A stretch of DNA of 64,000 nt, from contig NW_018408539.1 in assembly GCF_002113885.1 (NCBI RefSeq), positions 177,183 through 241,182 of the forward strand, written 5' to 3'. The notes under the pieces are model-generated. The model was not told the origin of the DNA, searched no databases, and saw only the letters and a list, made by a program, of their open reading frames with translations. The position numbers were made by a program, and so were the translations under genes. Origin of the DNA: Mizuhopecten yessoensis. Its lineage: Eukaryota. Positions 49,201-63,608 of the stretch are shown one piece after another (the first letter of the stretch is position 1; each line of letters opens with the position of its first letter).

Positions 49201-49360
49201 ACCTTTATTGTTATCACTGATGCGAGTGGTAGCCTTTACCTTCATTGTTATAACTGATGCCAGTGGTACATTGTAGCCTTTACCTTTATTGTTATAACTG
49301 ATGCCAGTGGTAGCCTTTACCTTCATTGTTATAACTGATGCCATTGGTAGCCTTTACCTT
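46297..49360. repeat. Minisatellite, 37-bp unit CTTCATTGTTATAACTGATGCCAGTGGTAGCCTTTAC, about 80 copies
   Basis: Direct periodicity with scattered variants. Confidence 0.98.
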
Positions 49361-50626
49361 AAAGGTGCCCCTCTGGATACATATCAATACCTTATTTTGT
49401 TGGGTCATAGTTTTTATAAACATGATTCAGATGCTGGCAGATTGTTAATCATGTGTACGGAACAACGCAAACTATGATTACAGGTGAAACTGTTTATTTA
49501 TTATTGTGGCTGAAATAAGTATATCTGATTTCAAGGTTTTTAAGGTCGACGCGCAGTCTTGAATGTTAAAAATAATATAATTACAAGAACGTACATTTCA
49601 ATTAATTGTACTTGAGTATATCATCTTCCTGAAATCATTATTGACGTACATGTATACACATGTTATTCAGTAAAAATGGGGTCCCGCTGGTTTTGGTATT
49701 CTGTTTTTGTTTTCCCACATACTGATGGTCGTAAGCTAATTATATGTACAGTCTTATATATACCTATGTCCATTACCTTATCACTTTCCTCATTAAAATG
49801 ACCCATATGTAGTCATGAAAAGGTCATATTTGAATTTTATATAATATTTACGAAAGTTTCATAGTATGACACAAACTTAATCGGACTTATCTGAGGACAT
49901 TTCTTTCAATATTGTTTTATTTAATTCTTTTTTGTTTAAAATAATAACAATTTTAACCTTTGACGAACATCACAGCACACGTTAACCAAGGCACACAGCC
50001 GTTATGCTGTCTGTCGTTCATCTGTTTACAAACAGGTGCTCTTTTACTGTATAGTAGTCCTCACAAAAGCGGTCTGATACTATTTTATAATGATTTTATA
50101 ACAACAGAAAGTCAACATTATGTTTAATGATAATAATAGCCATTGATTATCATGCAGAAGCACGTATTTCTAGAGCGCTTTATAATATAAAGTACATGAA
50201 GAGTAAAACAAAATATATACACATAAAAGTTAGCCTGATTTTAAAGGCTACGGTTCCTGCACTGTATCGTCTCTGGAGATTTTGTATCCATTTCTCAGTC
50301 AGGAACTCCAGGAAACCTTAGTAAACACATTCACACAGGTTAGTGTTCTGATTGGCAAAGTTACATGGCAGTTATAAGTTTTAGACCGTTTGTGACTTAT
50401 ATCATTTACAAAGTTTGACGCGTAGACCATAGTACTCTGGTGTTAAACGGGTATCATTATATCACGTCTGCCCCCTTGTTTCGTGTGTTCTCAGATACAT
50501 CTTTTTAACAGGTTTGTGTCGAGATTGTGTTGTGTATTAATTGCGTGGTACCTTTTTGTTAGTTGAATTCTGCGTTGAAATCGTGTCCTAATGTATCGAC
50601 GATGCGGTATATTGTTGCATGTATAT

Positions 50627-51064
50627 TGGGGGTGTCACAATACGTCAAGAGTGTATCACGATATATTACAATACATAATTAATATATTGCGATACGTATC
50701 CCAATATATTGTCATAGGTAAGATGTGCTCGATTTTATGATAAGTTGTTGTCAGAATGTTATCAAACTTAACCATATATAATATGGATCACATATATTTA
50801 AGATTTTTGTCAAACCAACCATCGATAACAAAATGTGAACTAATTCCCACCACTATTAAAAGCCTGTTTTACGCGTATTCGCAAATCTGTTAGAATCTGT
50901 AACAACTTGCAAAGTTAAATTACCAAGCAGATTGAGAATCATAAAAATAAACTTTAAAACAAATATATTGCGATACAGAAATAATTCATCTCTGTATTGT
51001 GGTATAATCCGATATACCCGTGTATTGCGATATACCTGTTTTCCGATATATTGTGACAGCCCTA
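50627..51064. mobile_element. hAT-like MITE
   Basis: TIR TGGGGGTGTCACAATA / TATTGTGACAGCCCTA; 8-bp TSD ATGTATAT / ATGCATAT; subterminal ATATTGCGATA repeats. Confidence 0.8.
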
Positions 51065-53091
51065 ATGCATATTGAGTTGAAATAGGGTCCTAGTGTATTG
51101 ATGATTTCTAAAACAATTCAACCTATTGATGTTTTGTACGGATTAGGTTACAATTAATAGTATTGTTCTAAATTCTGAAATACATTGATGATACTGCAGT
51201 GAAAATGGATTTCATTTGAGTTAGACATCATAAATCAATGCAGAGACACTAACTACTTATGTAATTACATCGGAATTAAATTTATTCAAATGTGAATTAA
51301 CTGGAAATAAATGTCACGTTACATTTTTATCAGTATCTTGAATTTACATAATAATATGCGTTATTTATGCGTAACAAAATAACAATGTCCTGTTCTACAA
51401 ATTGTAGAAAAATTGCCGGAGGCTTTAAACACTGAATAAACATTCGAGTTTGAATTTTAACATAGACATTAATCCACTGGTTTCAAAGTCCAATTTTCTG
51501 ACTACTTTGTGAATGCAAAATTTCAAGTAGATCAAACAGCGGCACAGGATTCTTGACATAGCTTCATATTTAGTGGTTAAACAAGGAAACCTGTAAATTA
51601 ATTAATCATTCTGTGAGAATTAAAAAACGTATTTATCTGAATAAATGCACAATAATAAGTTGCATCTGTCTGGTGATGCTCCACCGTCAATACGGTAACA
51701 TCCTCGGTAATTCAGGGGTAACGCTCACTTTCGTTCTCTGCACCCCTAGTATATGTCATAGCAGAACTGAGCACGCGGTTAGCTATTTGAGGTGGTGCAC
51801 ACCGAGTCTTCGATATTGCTATGACATATTTCAGGTTTGCAGAGAGCATACGTGAGCGTAACCCTTGGAGAGTCGAGGATAATACTTTATTTAATCCATT
51901 TGACATAGGATATCGTTCCTGTATGGTTGCACACTGTCTTCATTGTCATACATGTAAAGGAATGCAACGCGTCGCAATTACAGTTTGTCCCGTAACGTTT
52001 CCACACATGTTTATATATCACAGATAAATCTCTATTACGTATGCATCAGTTCCTACGTTTTGCACGTTCTAGATTGAATGTGCAATCAACTTTCAATATG
52101 CATTTGGATATCGCGCAATGAATATTTGATACGACAAAGCACCACATATAGTTCAATCTCTGGTAATTTCGAAGAAAAAGAAGCAAATTCTCTATTCTAT
52201 GATACTTACAATAAAGATAATATTAAATATGTGTCTGCTAACGTTTGGGAAAACTTATTCCAGGCTAATTCATTGTTAGTTGTGACGTCATAGGGAATAA
52301 ATCTTCTATGCTGGGTCTGATGTTGAATAACCTTTTGTAAGATCAATGCATTGGTTTGTGATATGTGACAAAGTACGAGTGGAAGGCTGATGCAGTCTTT
52401 TGTATGATATTTTGTGTAAGACGCAATCAATATGTTGTGGGGTGTTGATAAAATGTGTGGAAGCAATCACGTTGTTATATCCGTTTTAAACTTTGACGTG
52501 GATATCGCTTCCCGAGGTTTATGCGGCCGTATTTGTTTCCTGACAGATATGGTTACCCTAGACACCACAACCATGCTCTCGAGTAATTGGCATCTAAACT
52601 GTTCGGTAAAAAAGTTTATAAAAAAGATATCATGAGCCAAAGGAAACTACACATCACGAAAACATATAATAATTTATTGAAATACGTTACGAATTGAAAT
52701 GTATTGCTTTAAAACTTGGAACAACAATATATTTTGCGCGTCTTTGTACATGAATTTCTTCCAACCGAAAGGTGTTGCAGAAGACCTTAATGATATGAAG
52801 CTGCATTACAATCACCTTTCATAAAATATACCCCGCCCCTCCTCACAAAAGGCAGCAAACAGGCAGACAATACCGATGAAACACCAAAACAGAAGGAGAG
52901 ACAACATGGACCCAACACAAACTTGGTACACAATCATACCGAAACCCACCTGATTGTATTTTAAAACGAATAAGGAAATATATAATTAATCAAGATTTTG
53001 TTATTAACATTTTTGACATAGGGATAACCTTACAAGGCCAGACTTACAAGATGTGTTCCAGGTTGAACATCCAATCTCACAATGGCGATGA

Positions 53092-53135
53092 GTTTGATCA
53101 GGGACAGTATATTCACTATACGTCCCTGGTTTGAT
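53092..53135. mobile_element. 30-bp hairpin (53099-53128) with 7-bp TSD GTTTGAT; P-element-like footprint or micro-element
   Basis: gtttgat CAGGGACAGTATATTCACTATACGTCCCTG gtttgat. Confidence 0.75.
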
Positions 53136-55821
53136 GTTCCTAATGAACAAGTTTTGTTGCATAAGTTAATCTTGTTTGTTATTGTATATTTAGAGAAAGT
53201 ATGCTGTTCAATCTGTGCGTTTATGCTTACGATACGAGCCTGAACATTACTTTGAACTCTGAACTCAATCTAATGTTGTACATATTGAACTAACTGTTTA
53301 GAGCCATCAATCAGTAACATTTGATAATTCTCTCATTAACTCGCAACAGTCCTGTTTACGGACACTTGGCTCTAATCTCATCAAGCCAAGGGTTTAACGT
53401 GTGCAGTTTATTAATTATGTGGGACAGTTTTCTAAGGGAAATCTATGTCAGTAGGTTGATGCGCTGTTTTACTGATATCAGTCCCCCGGGGGAGTAGGGT
53501 CCCTGTGTACACACAGTACTTTGGCCAACATATAACTTACCTTGCTCGCATCACCGTCCAGCGGCCAGGTAATAAAAACCTGGTTAGCTTTACAAGTTAG
53601 CTTACCTATTTAAAACACGATTAAAGCTTTCTTTTTTATAAATTTTCCCTTTTTAAGAATGTCTTAACAATTTTGGTATAATTTTAGTTATAAATTATGA
53701 ATTCAATATTTCATTTTTTAAATGTGCCATATGGATACAGATGTCCAATTCTTCTGAAGCTAATGAGGCTTTATCGACTGTGTTAATACAAACGGAAGGC
53801 TGATGCGGAAACTACCTAAGCGTGAATCATGGCTGCAGTGAGTGGTTGAAATTTTGTGGACTGATCTTGTCTTTATTGGCCTCGCACCACTACGGACAGA
53901 TGAGATGTTCAGCCTGAAGGTTGTCGTATATGAGTAAGATGATGATGCTGTTCAGAAAAATTCCCCTCGTAATTCTAAAGGTTAGGTTAAACATAGGAAA
54001 TTCCTGTTAAATTTGTAACGACCATCAATATAATAAAATACAGATTTGAACTGATACCCAAACGTTACTATGTCAGCGATATTGATAAGTAATCACTAAT
54101 AATACCAAAACGCTCACAAATGGTAGACAAAACATAAAACCAGCCTCTCTCTGGTTGGCATGAAGGAGGTATTCTATATATAGTATCTGCCTAAGAACAA
54201 GTGGATACCAAAGTGTCAACAGAATCGTAATACGAACCTAAAACCGAAAAAACTAGGGAAATATAAAATTAGAGAAAAGGTACAAGAAGGAGGATCAGAT
54301 AAGGTGTACCACAAGGGTAAGCGTCTTCAGCTTCGTTGATGGCACCTGACATACCAGAAACAACAAGTAAATGTATTTGATCGATAAGGCCAGGTATTTG
54401 AATATACAATTTTTTTTTAAATATTTATATAAGAGTTTTGACATATTTAGCATTTGCAATGGCCGTGGGAACATCTTGTCGGGTACTTAGCCTTCCAATA
54501 ATGAATAGTGTACCTTTACGTTTGGAAAGTCCTTTCTTACTGGATCAGTATCATTCCAGTGTGTACTCTATCCACGCATTCAGCAAAGGTGTTAAAAAAT
54601 ACCAGAAGGAAATACACATTTTCATATTGAAACAAATGGATGTACACACTACAAAAAGGAATTACAAAGTGTATCTAAGTTGAGCCAAAGGCGCCCGAGC
54701 GAAGCTCTTTAATGGTAACACGGGCGTTTGTATACAAAGTTGCTTCCCCTTTCTACACCTCCCCTTTATTTATGTGTTGTCCGGAAGTAGACGTCCATTA
54801 GGGAAACAGGAAGTGTATCCTTGAACCAAAGACAATTGTGTTTCAACCCATACATGAACATCTTCATATTGAAAAGAATCCTCATGTTTTATTACTTGTT
54901 TATTTAGATAAAAAAATAATATACATTCTAAGTGAAAAAAAGTTTATCACATAAAATGTGATACTAACAGGCATGAAACTTCGTTCAGAGATTATCATAC
55001 TATGACGTCACAAGCACGTCACAATCCATCGGCCTTTATCGGTTATTTCCGGAAGGATGAAAGATAACCAGAAAATTCTGGAACTGATATCCGTTGCATT
55101 TATCTCTTTGTCGGTGCTTCAAAACTATTTTTTCTTTATTTCAGTTTTTTTTCCACAGGCATAAAAAGTAACAATGCATATATTTTCTGAAGATGTTTTT
55201 TGTCATCAACCCGGTTCTGTTGATATTTCTACCGAGAGATATCTTCAAAAAAGAGATCATTTTAAATTTCATCAGCTTTTGATTTCCATTTGTTGAGAAT
55301 ATGAACGAAATAATTGACATTTTTGAAAGTCTGGATATAGCCTTTACATTATTTATGCATAATCGCTCATAAAAGAAGCAATGGAAAATGCATTTATGAC
55401 GAAATTAACAATAATTTTCCAGACAACCAACTCAAGCGCAACGCCCTTTTTCAGCAACGTATTACTTTTTCGCAACGCGTGCCTATTTATAACTAGTTAC
55501 AGACAGAAACTGTTATTTTATTTGGTATTATTACCTGTCAAACCTCGGTGATAGTTACAAAATTTGAAATTAAATCCGGTGTTTCAAGATGGAACAGTAA
55601 TTGAGACTACATATTCATATCAAGACAATTTCAGGAACATCAAAGATACAATGTTTTCTTTTTTTAATTTCATTTTATTAACTAACATCTCTATACATTT
55701 ACTAAGACTTGTCGTCAAAAATGTAATATGCACATTTTTCTATAGTAATTACCAAACAGTTTTCCCCCATCTTTTCTCAACCATTCTGTTTGTGCCCTGA
55801 CGGAAGCACACAGGGGGTTAA

Positions 55822-55941
55822 ATTCTTAATATGGGAGGAAGCTAGTGTATCCGAAGAAAACCCGCGTGGTCGGGCAGGTGACCGGGATTGAATCCGGCCA
55901 TCTTGTTGAAGACGAACGCGCTATCCACTGCGCCACCGACC
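55822..55941 (-). mobile_element. tRNA-derived SINE, internally deleted copy (same family as 13443-13622)
   Basis: GGGAGGAA..GAAAACCCGCGTGGTCGGGCAGG..CTATCCACTGCGCCACC. Confidence 0.75.
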
Positions 55942-57469
55942 CATCATATACGTTACGCGGAAGAGCAAATATCTACTTAAGCTTTGACGGGAAGAAAATG
56001 ACGTCATTGATGCAAAAATTATATTGTGAATACGTTTTTACTAATCATCAACTACATGTACCATATTGTTGTTTATTATGATAATTTAATGAAATATCAA
56101 TTACGGCCCGGACAGCTTCGGCCAATGATATCGTGGCAAATTCGGCGAATGTTACACATAAAAAGTCGTAAAATTGGCGATAAAATCTGAAGTGGCATGC
56201 TTTATGACGTCATGGTTCCAATGGGGGCCGAGATTACCCGAATGCGTGTCCAGCCTAACCTCATGGCGGAACTCGTTCGGCCATCCGATCTTCCGACAGG
56301 ATAGTTAAATAATGTTCAAAAACGGACGTGCTGCCATACTTCCTAGAACAGACTTTAATAATAAAAAAGGCCCAAACTTGCCCCGGTCTGCCTATTGTTA
56401 TGTCGGTCTTAATATTATTAGAGCTTGTGTTTTATTGTTATTCCTCGACTAGCCGACTTTTAAATAAAGTTAATCTTATCTCATTCTAAAAGCAGTATTC
56501 TGAATTAGTAGATATCAGAGATAAACAAAAGCTACGCTCTTTTCAGCCATTATCTTTTCATATTAAAGGATGCAACTCAACTGAAGAAGACAATGTTTTG
56601 ATACTAAATTTGATTTAAATCGCCCGTCTAGTGATATTTTACTTGCGCATGGCCCTCGAGTTCCTCCGATGTCGTTCTTTGGGATCCTTAAAGGACGTGC
56701 TAGTGCAATGTAAGTTTGTCATCGACATCCGGGTAACAGTCATTTCATGACTGGTCGATGATAAAGAAACCCAGATATGCCGCAAATCCTCTCCTCTAAG
56801 AATTATCGACGGTTAAATCATACCTGAGTGTGATTTTTGAAAATTTGAAAATTAAAAAGGATAAATGTCCTTGTATCAATTTGAAATCCATCTTAAATTG
56901 TTCAACACATCTTTGATATTTTTTGTTATGACCTGCTTTGCAGAATGCCACTCTGTGACACTAAATTAATTTGGTGAGGTCTAAAATATCTCGCCGGTAA
57001 CTTGTTTAACAGAAAGTCTGCAACACTTAATCAACTTAGCCTTGGAATATCGCCGAACAGGTGTTCACTATTCATCGTAGGCGTTAATTATAAGTTGGGG
57101 GTGTACGCCAAGTGTAACGAATGTATAGACAGGAACGACCAGTGTGACTTATGTTTATTTTGGCGGGAGACAGCCATGATGGACAGACAGGTGTAAAAGG
57201 TGCTATATCAACTAGGTCCACACTAACAGAATGTAAATTTCTCTTTGTGTATTTACTTCTGATGAATACATCAAGATATTCGTATAAGACATCAGCAGTT
57301 ATATTAATAAAACTCTGACATCAAATATGTAATATCATTTTCAAATAATTATAAGGTATCTTTTTTGAACAGAAACAACTTGGCAAAGAGCACATGGAAA
57401 TGTGTGTCAATAAACATTTTTTTTAAACATTTACTTCGGATTGTTAGGTGCATATGTATGAGTAGTAGA

Positions 57470-57630
57470 AAGGTTACGTATCACAACCATAAGTGTTTAT
57501 TTGTGACGTTGCGGTGACTACTACGATACGTACCTTGCCATCTTCATCAGACAAATACTGACTGATTCAGGTGATGGGGTACGTATCGTACTAGTCACCG
57601 AAACGCTTACTGGTAGAAATATATAACCTT
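57470..57630. repeat. Imperfect palindrome with a 22/23-matching inner stem
   Basis: CGGTGACTACTACGATACGTACC pairs with GGTACGTATCGTACTAGTCACCG; outer AAGGTTA / TAACCTT. Confidence 0.75.
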
Positions 57631-60600
57631 ATACTTCACATAAAACATGTTATTTAAAAACAGCAAACACACAAACAAACAAACAGCAGTACAAACATGA
57701 CCTTTATAAAACAGAGGCAGTACCGGTTTCTCCTATATCTATCTATTCTGATCGGATTTGAGGCTCAAGTTGACCTTACATGCTTAGCATGTTTCAGGGA
57801 TGTTGTATTAAATACATGTTTCTACTAGCCTTTACTTTCTCCTATTCAAAGTATATGCCATTTTTATTTTGAAAGAATATTGATTTTAAATAATTGTTAG
57901 CTGGTACGTAAGCTTAGCTACGTGTATCAAATATATGCGTGCTGTTTTTATAAATTATTGTTCGTTTTCCGAATAGAAACGAGACTCTTGAATTTATTCT
58001 GGGATGGGGTAAGCATACTATTCTACCGTATCAAAGAATAACATAGGGAATGTTAAGAACGAAATGTATTGCTTCTCATTGTAACCTACGTACCTGTACA
58101 TCGAGTATATTACAAAAACAAAAACAAAACTTGATATTGTCATATGAAGATACAAACAAGGCTTGTTTGTAAACATTGGGTTAGGGAGTGCTTTTTCCTT
58201 AATTAACACAAGCTTAATTTCATTGGACGAGGATATAACAATTTATTAAACAATAGGGAGCGAACCGTAGGATTGTTCAGCGTAATTTCCATTACAAAGA
58301 AAACAGCTTCATCAATCTGTAAACAAGCAACGGCAGAGTAGAATATCTTAGTGTAAACAGTCGCTGATTAATTTGCTGTTTTATGATACTTCATATTGCC
58401 GAAACGGACGCAATGACTATTCAAACAGGTGCAGTAACTCTTGTTAGTTTGATGACAAAGTGAGAAAAAAGTTAAATAAAATTTATCAGCTGTTAATGTC
58501 CTTGGGTTATTGGGAAGTTTTTCTCATCAATTAAACAGCTCATGTCATCAAATAATTAATGAAACAGTACGATCCGTATTTCCGGTATTACCACACAGTC
58601 ATAAGGGTTTAAATAAATCTGCTTATATCGTGCAGGCTACGGACAGTTGAGACTGACTACTTAGATACAACTTGCCCTAGTGAGGGGAAAAAAAGAGAAT
58701 ATATGTTTTGTGGGGGTTGTTAGCAAAGGTGTTAGTCTGGACAATAACTTATCACACCTTTGTGAACGGGTGACCTAGGGTTAATTCCCCTGTCTCTGCC
58801 CCGCTAGGCACACGTCAATCCGGGACTCTCACCGTCTATATAGCGTGCTCTTTCTGATGGAGAGGCAGACCAACAGTAGACCCTTAGCTACTAACTTTTA
58901 CCTGTGAGAGGCCCTCACTGGGGAAATTACCTGTTCTGTTATCTTTTCCTATATGTTTGAAATTCTAAATGCTATAATGTAATCTTAATTTCTTTTTAAA
59001 ACGTGAATATACTGGTACGTATATAGATACTCGGTTTTAATAATACGTTAATTCATTATTTTGTCTAATTTATTCTTTATTATAAGTTTGTTCTAAACCT
59101 GATTTACTGCATTCATTTCATATCCATTGCATTTTTTAAATTAATTCTATATTACTAATCATAACAAATTACTTGTACGAATTACAATTTATATTTGGTT
59201 ATAGGTAAACTAATTGTTCAGAGTAATTCCGATCGAATCGTCTGTGAATGACAAATCTTCAGCTATACACCTGTCATTGGAGAGTCCCTAAGTGTTCCCA
59301 GCGCTCGTCTCCATACATAGCGTTTTGTCATTCTATCGTTGCCCATAGTACATAGCCTATATACATCTCTGTCTACTATATTACGGGACGCAGTGTACGG
59401 CCAACGGACCAGCTGACCAGTCGTGTTTCACTGTCGCAAGGATCATAAAGACCTTCGGACAGGAACTATGACCAACTGACCACCACTTTAAGGGAACTAC
59501 CGGGTACTGGCCACCAATTTTTGAAATTTGAACTGTGACTTTTTTTATTTAAAGTAAGGATATATATAAAGAAAAGAAAACAACGTGTGTACCTGGTAAG
59601 AGCACTATCAGCAGGACAGGGATGTATGAGAAAGACTAGCAGAAAAAAATCCAAATTATATAACAGTCAGCTAAAAAGAACGGTCCGAACAAATGAATGG
59701 AGTGTTTGAAAAGTGCCAAATGCAACCAGCACATCCTGAACTTGACACCATAAACACTAATATCGGCTAAAGGTTTACAAAGGAGGTAGCTGATCATCCA
59801 AACTAAATCTCGTTTCTTCAGATAAAACATCGGAAGATATAAATATGACACGCGTAGTTGCTCTATCATTGACTTTGTCAGTATTTCTACAGCTCCTGGG
59901 ATATTCAAGGACATCCGGAACTAGGGGAAGTAAACAGGGAGGTGAGTTCTTCGAGGAAGTGCATTTTGATACATTTATTTCATTTAGATCATTTGTACTA
60001 TTCCATATTGGCATTCATAACATTCTTTTGATATTGTAATGCTTATACAATGTTTTCTGCAAATTTTTAATCTTTTAATTTTCTTATCGATATATATCAG
60101 TGTGCCTTATTGTGTTTTAATTATTAATTCTGGGTATTATTGGAAGGTTAACACGGTGTTGGTAGCTTTTTAATGTATATGTTATTCACTGACAATTCTA
60201 TAGTAAATAAACACAAAAAAAGAATTATATAGCCTATTTAATATACATATTGATATTCACTGACACTTACATAGTATATCTTAACGTCATCAAGGTCATT
60301 GTGACGATAACAAAATGTTAAAGCAATGTAACATATTTCCTTAAACAGAATACTGTAATGGGTATAGATTGCTGGACAAAATCACTTTCATTTAGAATCG
60401 ATCACATGTTTATCAATACATTATTGATAACCGTCCGAATACAGTATACTATTCCAGCAAACTCTTATGCACGTATGTGTGCTAGATGATGCACTGACCT
60501 ATCTCTTCATAGAAATGTCAGTCATTTTGATGAAAACAAAGGGCCGTTTTAGCTAGCTCCTAGTCTACACAGACGCAATTCTTTCACACTTCCCCCTATA

Positions 60601-63117
60601 TGTTTTCTATGTACAAAGGTATATATTTAACACACTAGAACAATTATCATATCAAGAACACGATTATCCCAAGCTGACAAACGTATGTTTATTCATTCCA
60701 ATTAATTCTCAAGATGTTATCTCAGATGAGATAATACCACAAACTTTCCATACAGTGGTTAAACCTTATTTCGAATTCTTTTGCATTGCCATAATATTTC
60801 ATAGAATGGTAATTTTGTGTGTGTGAGGGTCCTATTGCAATGCAAATAAATGTCTATTATAGAGGTATATTTCCTGTTTTGATACATAATCCACATTGCA
60901 GGTATGGTGTCTTACACACATATTAGTTAGTAAGACATGCACCTTTATATCGAGGTCATTAGCGTTGTCGTATTAACTGTTTACTGACAATTAATATACA
61001 TACATATATACACGAACGCATGCAATTAACATGTGCTGGTGTGTTTCGTGTAACAACAATGTACATAATGATGTGTTATATGTACATTCCACAGACACAC
61101 TTATAGGTAGACATATACGTCTGTCTATAAGGGGACTGTATCAGATCAACGTAAGGCAAACCTATACAATTTGGTAATAGATATAATATGTCAAAATGTA
61201 TTGCATTCACCATACAACTAATCGGTCTTTCCGGGACTCCTCAATCATTCTAGGAACCCAAAAAACATGTAAATCCAAATTAGTCAAATCTTTTGTAGAA
61301 ACAGAAGGGGAGGTACGTAAAAACCCCGAGTGTTATGGGTTTTAAAATGTAGAGATTAGCTGGTGAATTTCAAACTTAATATTTGGTAGATTTTGCAAAT
61401 TAAAAACCATACCACTACCCTTAATAGATATATATGCCTCATAAGGTTACGGTAAACCTTGGGGACTAAGGAATTCAACCAGCAGAGTCTAGATTTCATA
61501 TCACAAAGAAACACCAACCCTAACATTGTCTTAACCTACACCAATCTCTGTATAATAAGTTCAGTTCAGTAACCTTCCCTAGGGTCATGACTGAAACGTT
61601 TTTTTAAGTCTTTATGATGCCCTTCCTTTTGTTTTGATGCACCCTAACGTTGCTGACGGCTTTTCTTATGGAGTTTGCGCTGTTTTTTTTTTTTTGTCCT
61701 GTTGTGTGTTGATCAAGTGGTTTTATATTTATTCTATTTCTTTTTGAGCATACACATCTATATGGAACACGTTATAGTGTATAATAAGTATTAGCATGCA
61801 TGGTTTTGACGTGTGTAATGTGATTATCATTTATAAAGCTAAAACCCTATTAATTTGTTGACCTCAGCCTTGTATGCTCTTTATTGGCTGATTTTTTTCA
61901 TTATTTTGCGAACAGAGGTGATATAGTATTGTTTGTCCGGCCTACATAAGTGATATACTATAATATAATTTCATTGTTTTCTACACAATGATTACTTTAT
62001 CATAGGTTGTGTGCTATAAGTGACGTACGTATGTTTTCATTGTTTGATGTGTGCACTGACTTTCACTCTTTTTTTTATCGACTATTGAAACATGAATAAT
62101 ACATATCTTCAATGTCTAGTACATATGATTATTTCTATTTTATCTTGTTAGATGCGTCCCGTTAATCATTTATTAGTTAAGCCAGGGCTTTACCTGATAT
62201 TGTTCTACCTAAATTCATAGAAGTTTTTGCCAATTATCATGATTATCGGGACAGTTTCGACGCATATGTTGGTATCTACTATGGTTTCTTTTCGTTTGTT
62301 TTTCTGATATAGAAAAATTCGTGTTCTTTTATATTTACCGTCAAATCAGTTTTTCGACCAAGCAAAGATCTTCTCTTAAATCTCCGGTTGTAACCTAGAA
62401 AGCTTCAAAACCTGTATGAAACAGTAAATATCATCAACTTATGCTCTATGTGTTAAGTATTGGATTTTGTCTTAAGAGTAACTGTTTCCTAGATACCTAC
62501 ATCAGTGTTACCGGATACCTTTTGGGGCAACATTTCTCCATTTTCTTATCGAGCAAAAATAAATATACTATTAAAATTTCCCAGACCAGTCATAAAACAC
62601 CTGTATATTGACAGTAATGAGAGTACTAATTTGTATGCGTCAGTTATCATAGGCATACATGAATATCACATAATTACTAGAATATATGAATTGGACATCA
62701 AATGCAGCTGATATATTCAATAAATAAAGAAGTTTATGGCAGATTATCGACTCATTTGACGCAATAACTTACTTCTACATGAACCTGTACTTGGGGAGGT
62801 GAGAGGGGGGATGTCAAACTGCCAGTCTCTTTTTATTAGTTCACTAACGAGCGAACCCCAGGAGAACCATGACCTCATTGACCGGCCGTGGACGATGCCT
62901 TATTCATATTGGATACTGAACGTATAGTACGATATTTTGATATGGATTGCAGGTGTTCAATTTTTCAGAGATTAAGTCATTGACTTTTTCACTACTGTTA
63001 GGCTTATTTTTTATGTGCTATATCTGCTCGGAATGGGATGGCAACAAAAAACATTAGTGAACCCTTAAAGGCACAACACTAACAATATTAATCGGTCCTT
63101 TCTCGTGTCTTTAGCTG

Positions 63118-63608
63118 ACGGATTGGTCGAGTGGTTAACAGTCCGGTCTTCCAAGCAGGCGGCCGGGGTTCGATCCCCGAAGTCTCCGTACGCATGGAAT
63201 ATTCAGAGAAAGTTTTTTTCTCCTGCACACACAACTCCAACAAGACAGGTCGAGTATAAATTGTCTGGGGTGGGTGTTGCGGTATTTGTGCTGTAGCATT
63301 CAAGTGAGGTGACACTATAAATGATACCGTTGGAAGCACGGTCCCACTACAAACAGAACACATACCATCTCCAGCACACACACAGGCATACACACATAGG
63401 GAGATATTAGCCAGGTGGCATAAGACTAGTAGTTAGCGCCTGATAATGCAGCTTTTGCGAATTCCACATTACTGTATTGATTAATATATATGCTAATCGT
63501 ATTGACTGTATAAAATTGTATATCTATGTGCTGTAAAGCGCGTTAGAGTGGCTTATGTTAGCTGTATAGGGCGCTATGTCAAATGTTGTATATTTATATA
63601 TTTATTTA
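63118..63608 (+). mobile_element. tRNA-derived SINE (tRNA-Gly(TCC)-like head, L2/CR1-type tail)
   Basis: A box TGGTCGAGTGG (63124), CTTCCAA loop, B box GGTTCGATCCC (63167); tail TGTAAAGCGC...GCGCTATGTCAAATG..TATTTATT. Confidence 0.75.

Noticed and set aside
59350-59371. Third P-like footprint (CATAGCCTATATACATCTCTG)
   Set aside because: One end resembles the TIR, but there is no flanking 7-bp duplication.
59466-60039. Overlapping 62-92 aa ORFs
   Set aside because: No homology recognised and no consistent splice sites.
63118-63195. tRNA-Gly(TCC) gene
   Set aside because: A and B boxes are present, but the acceptor stem does not pair properly and a LINE-like tail follows, so this is a SINE head.
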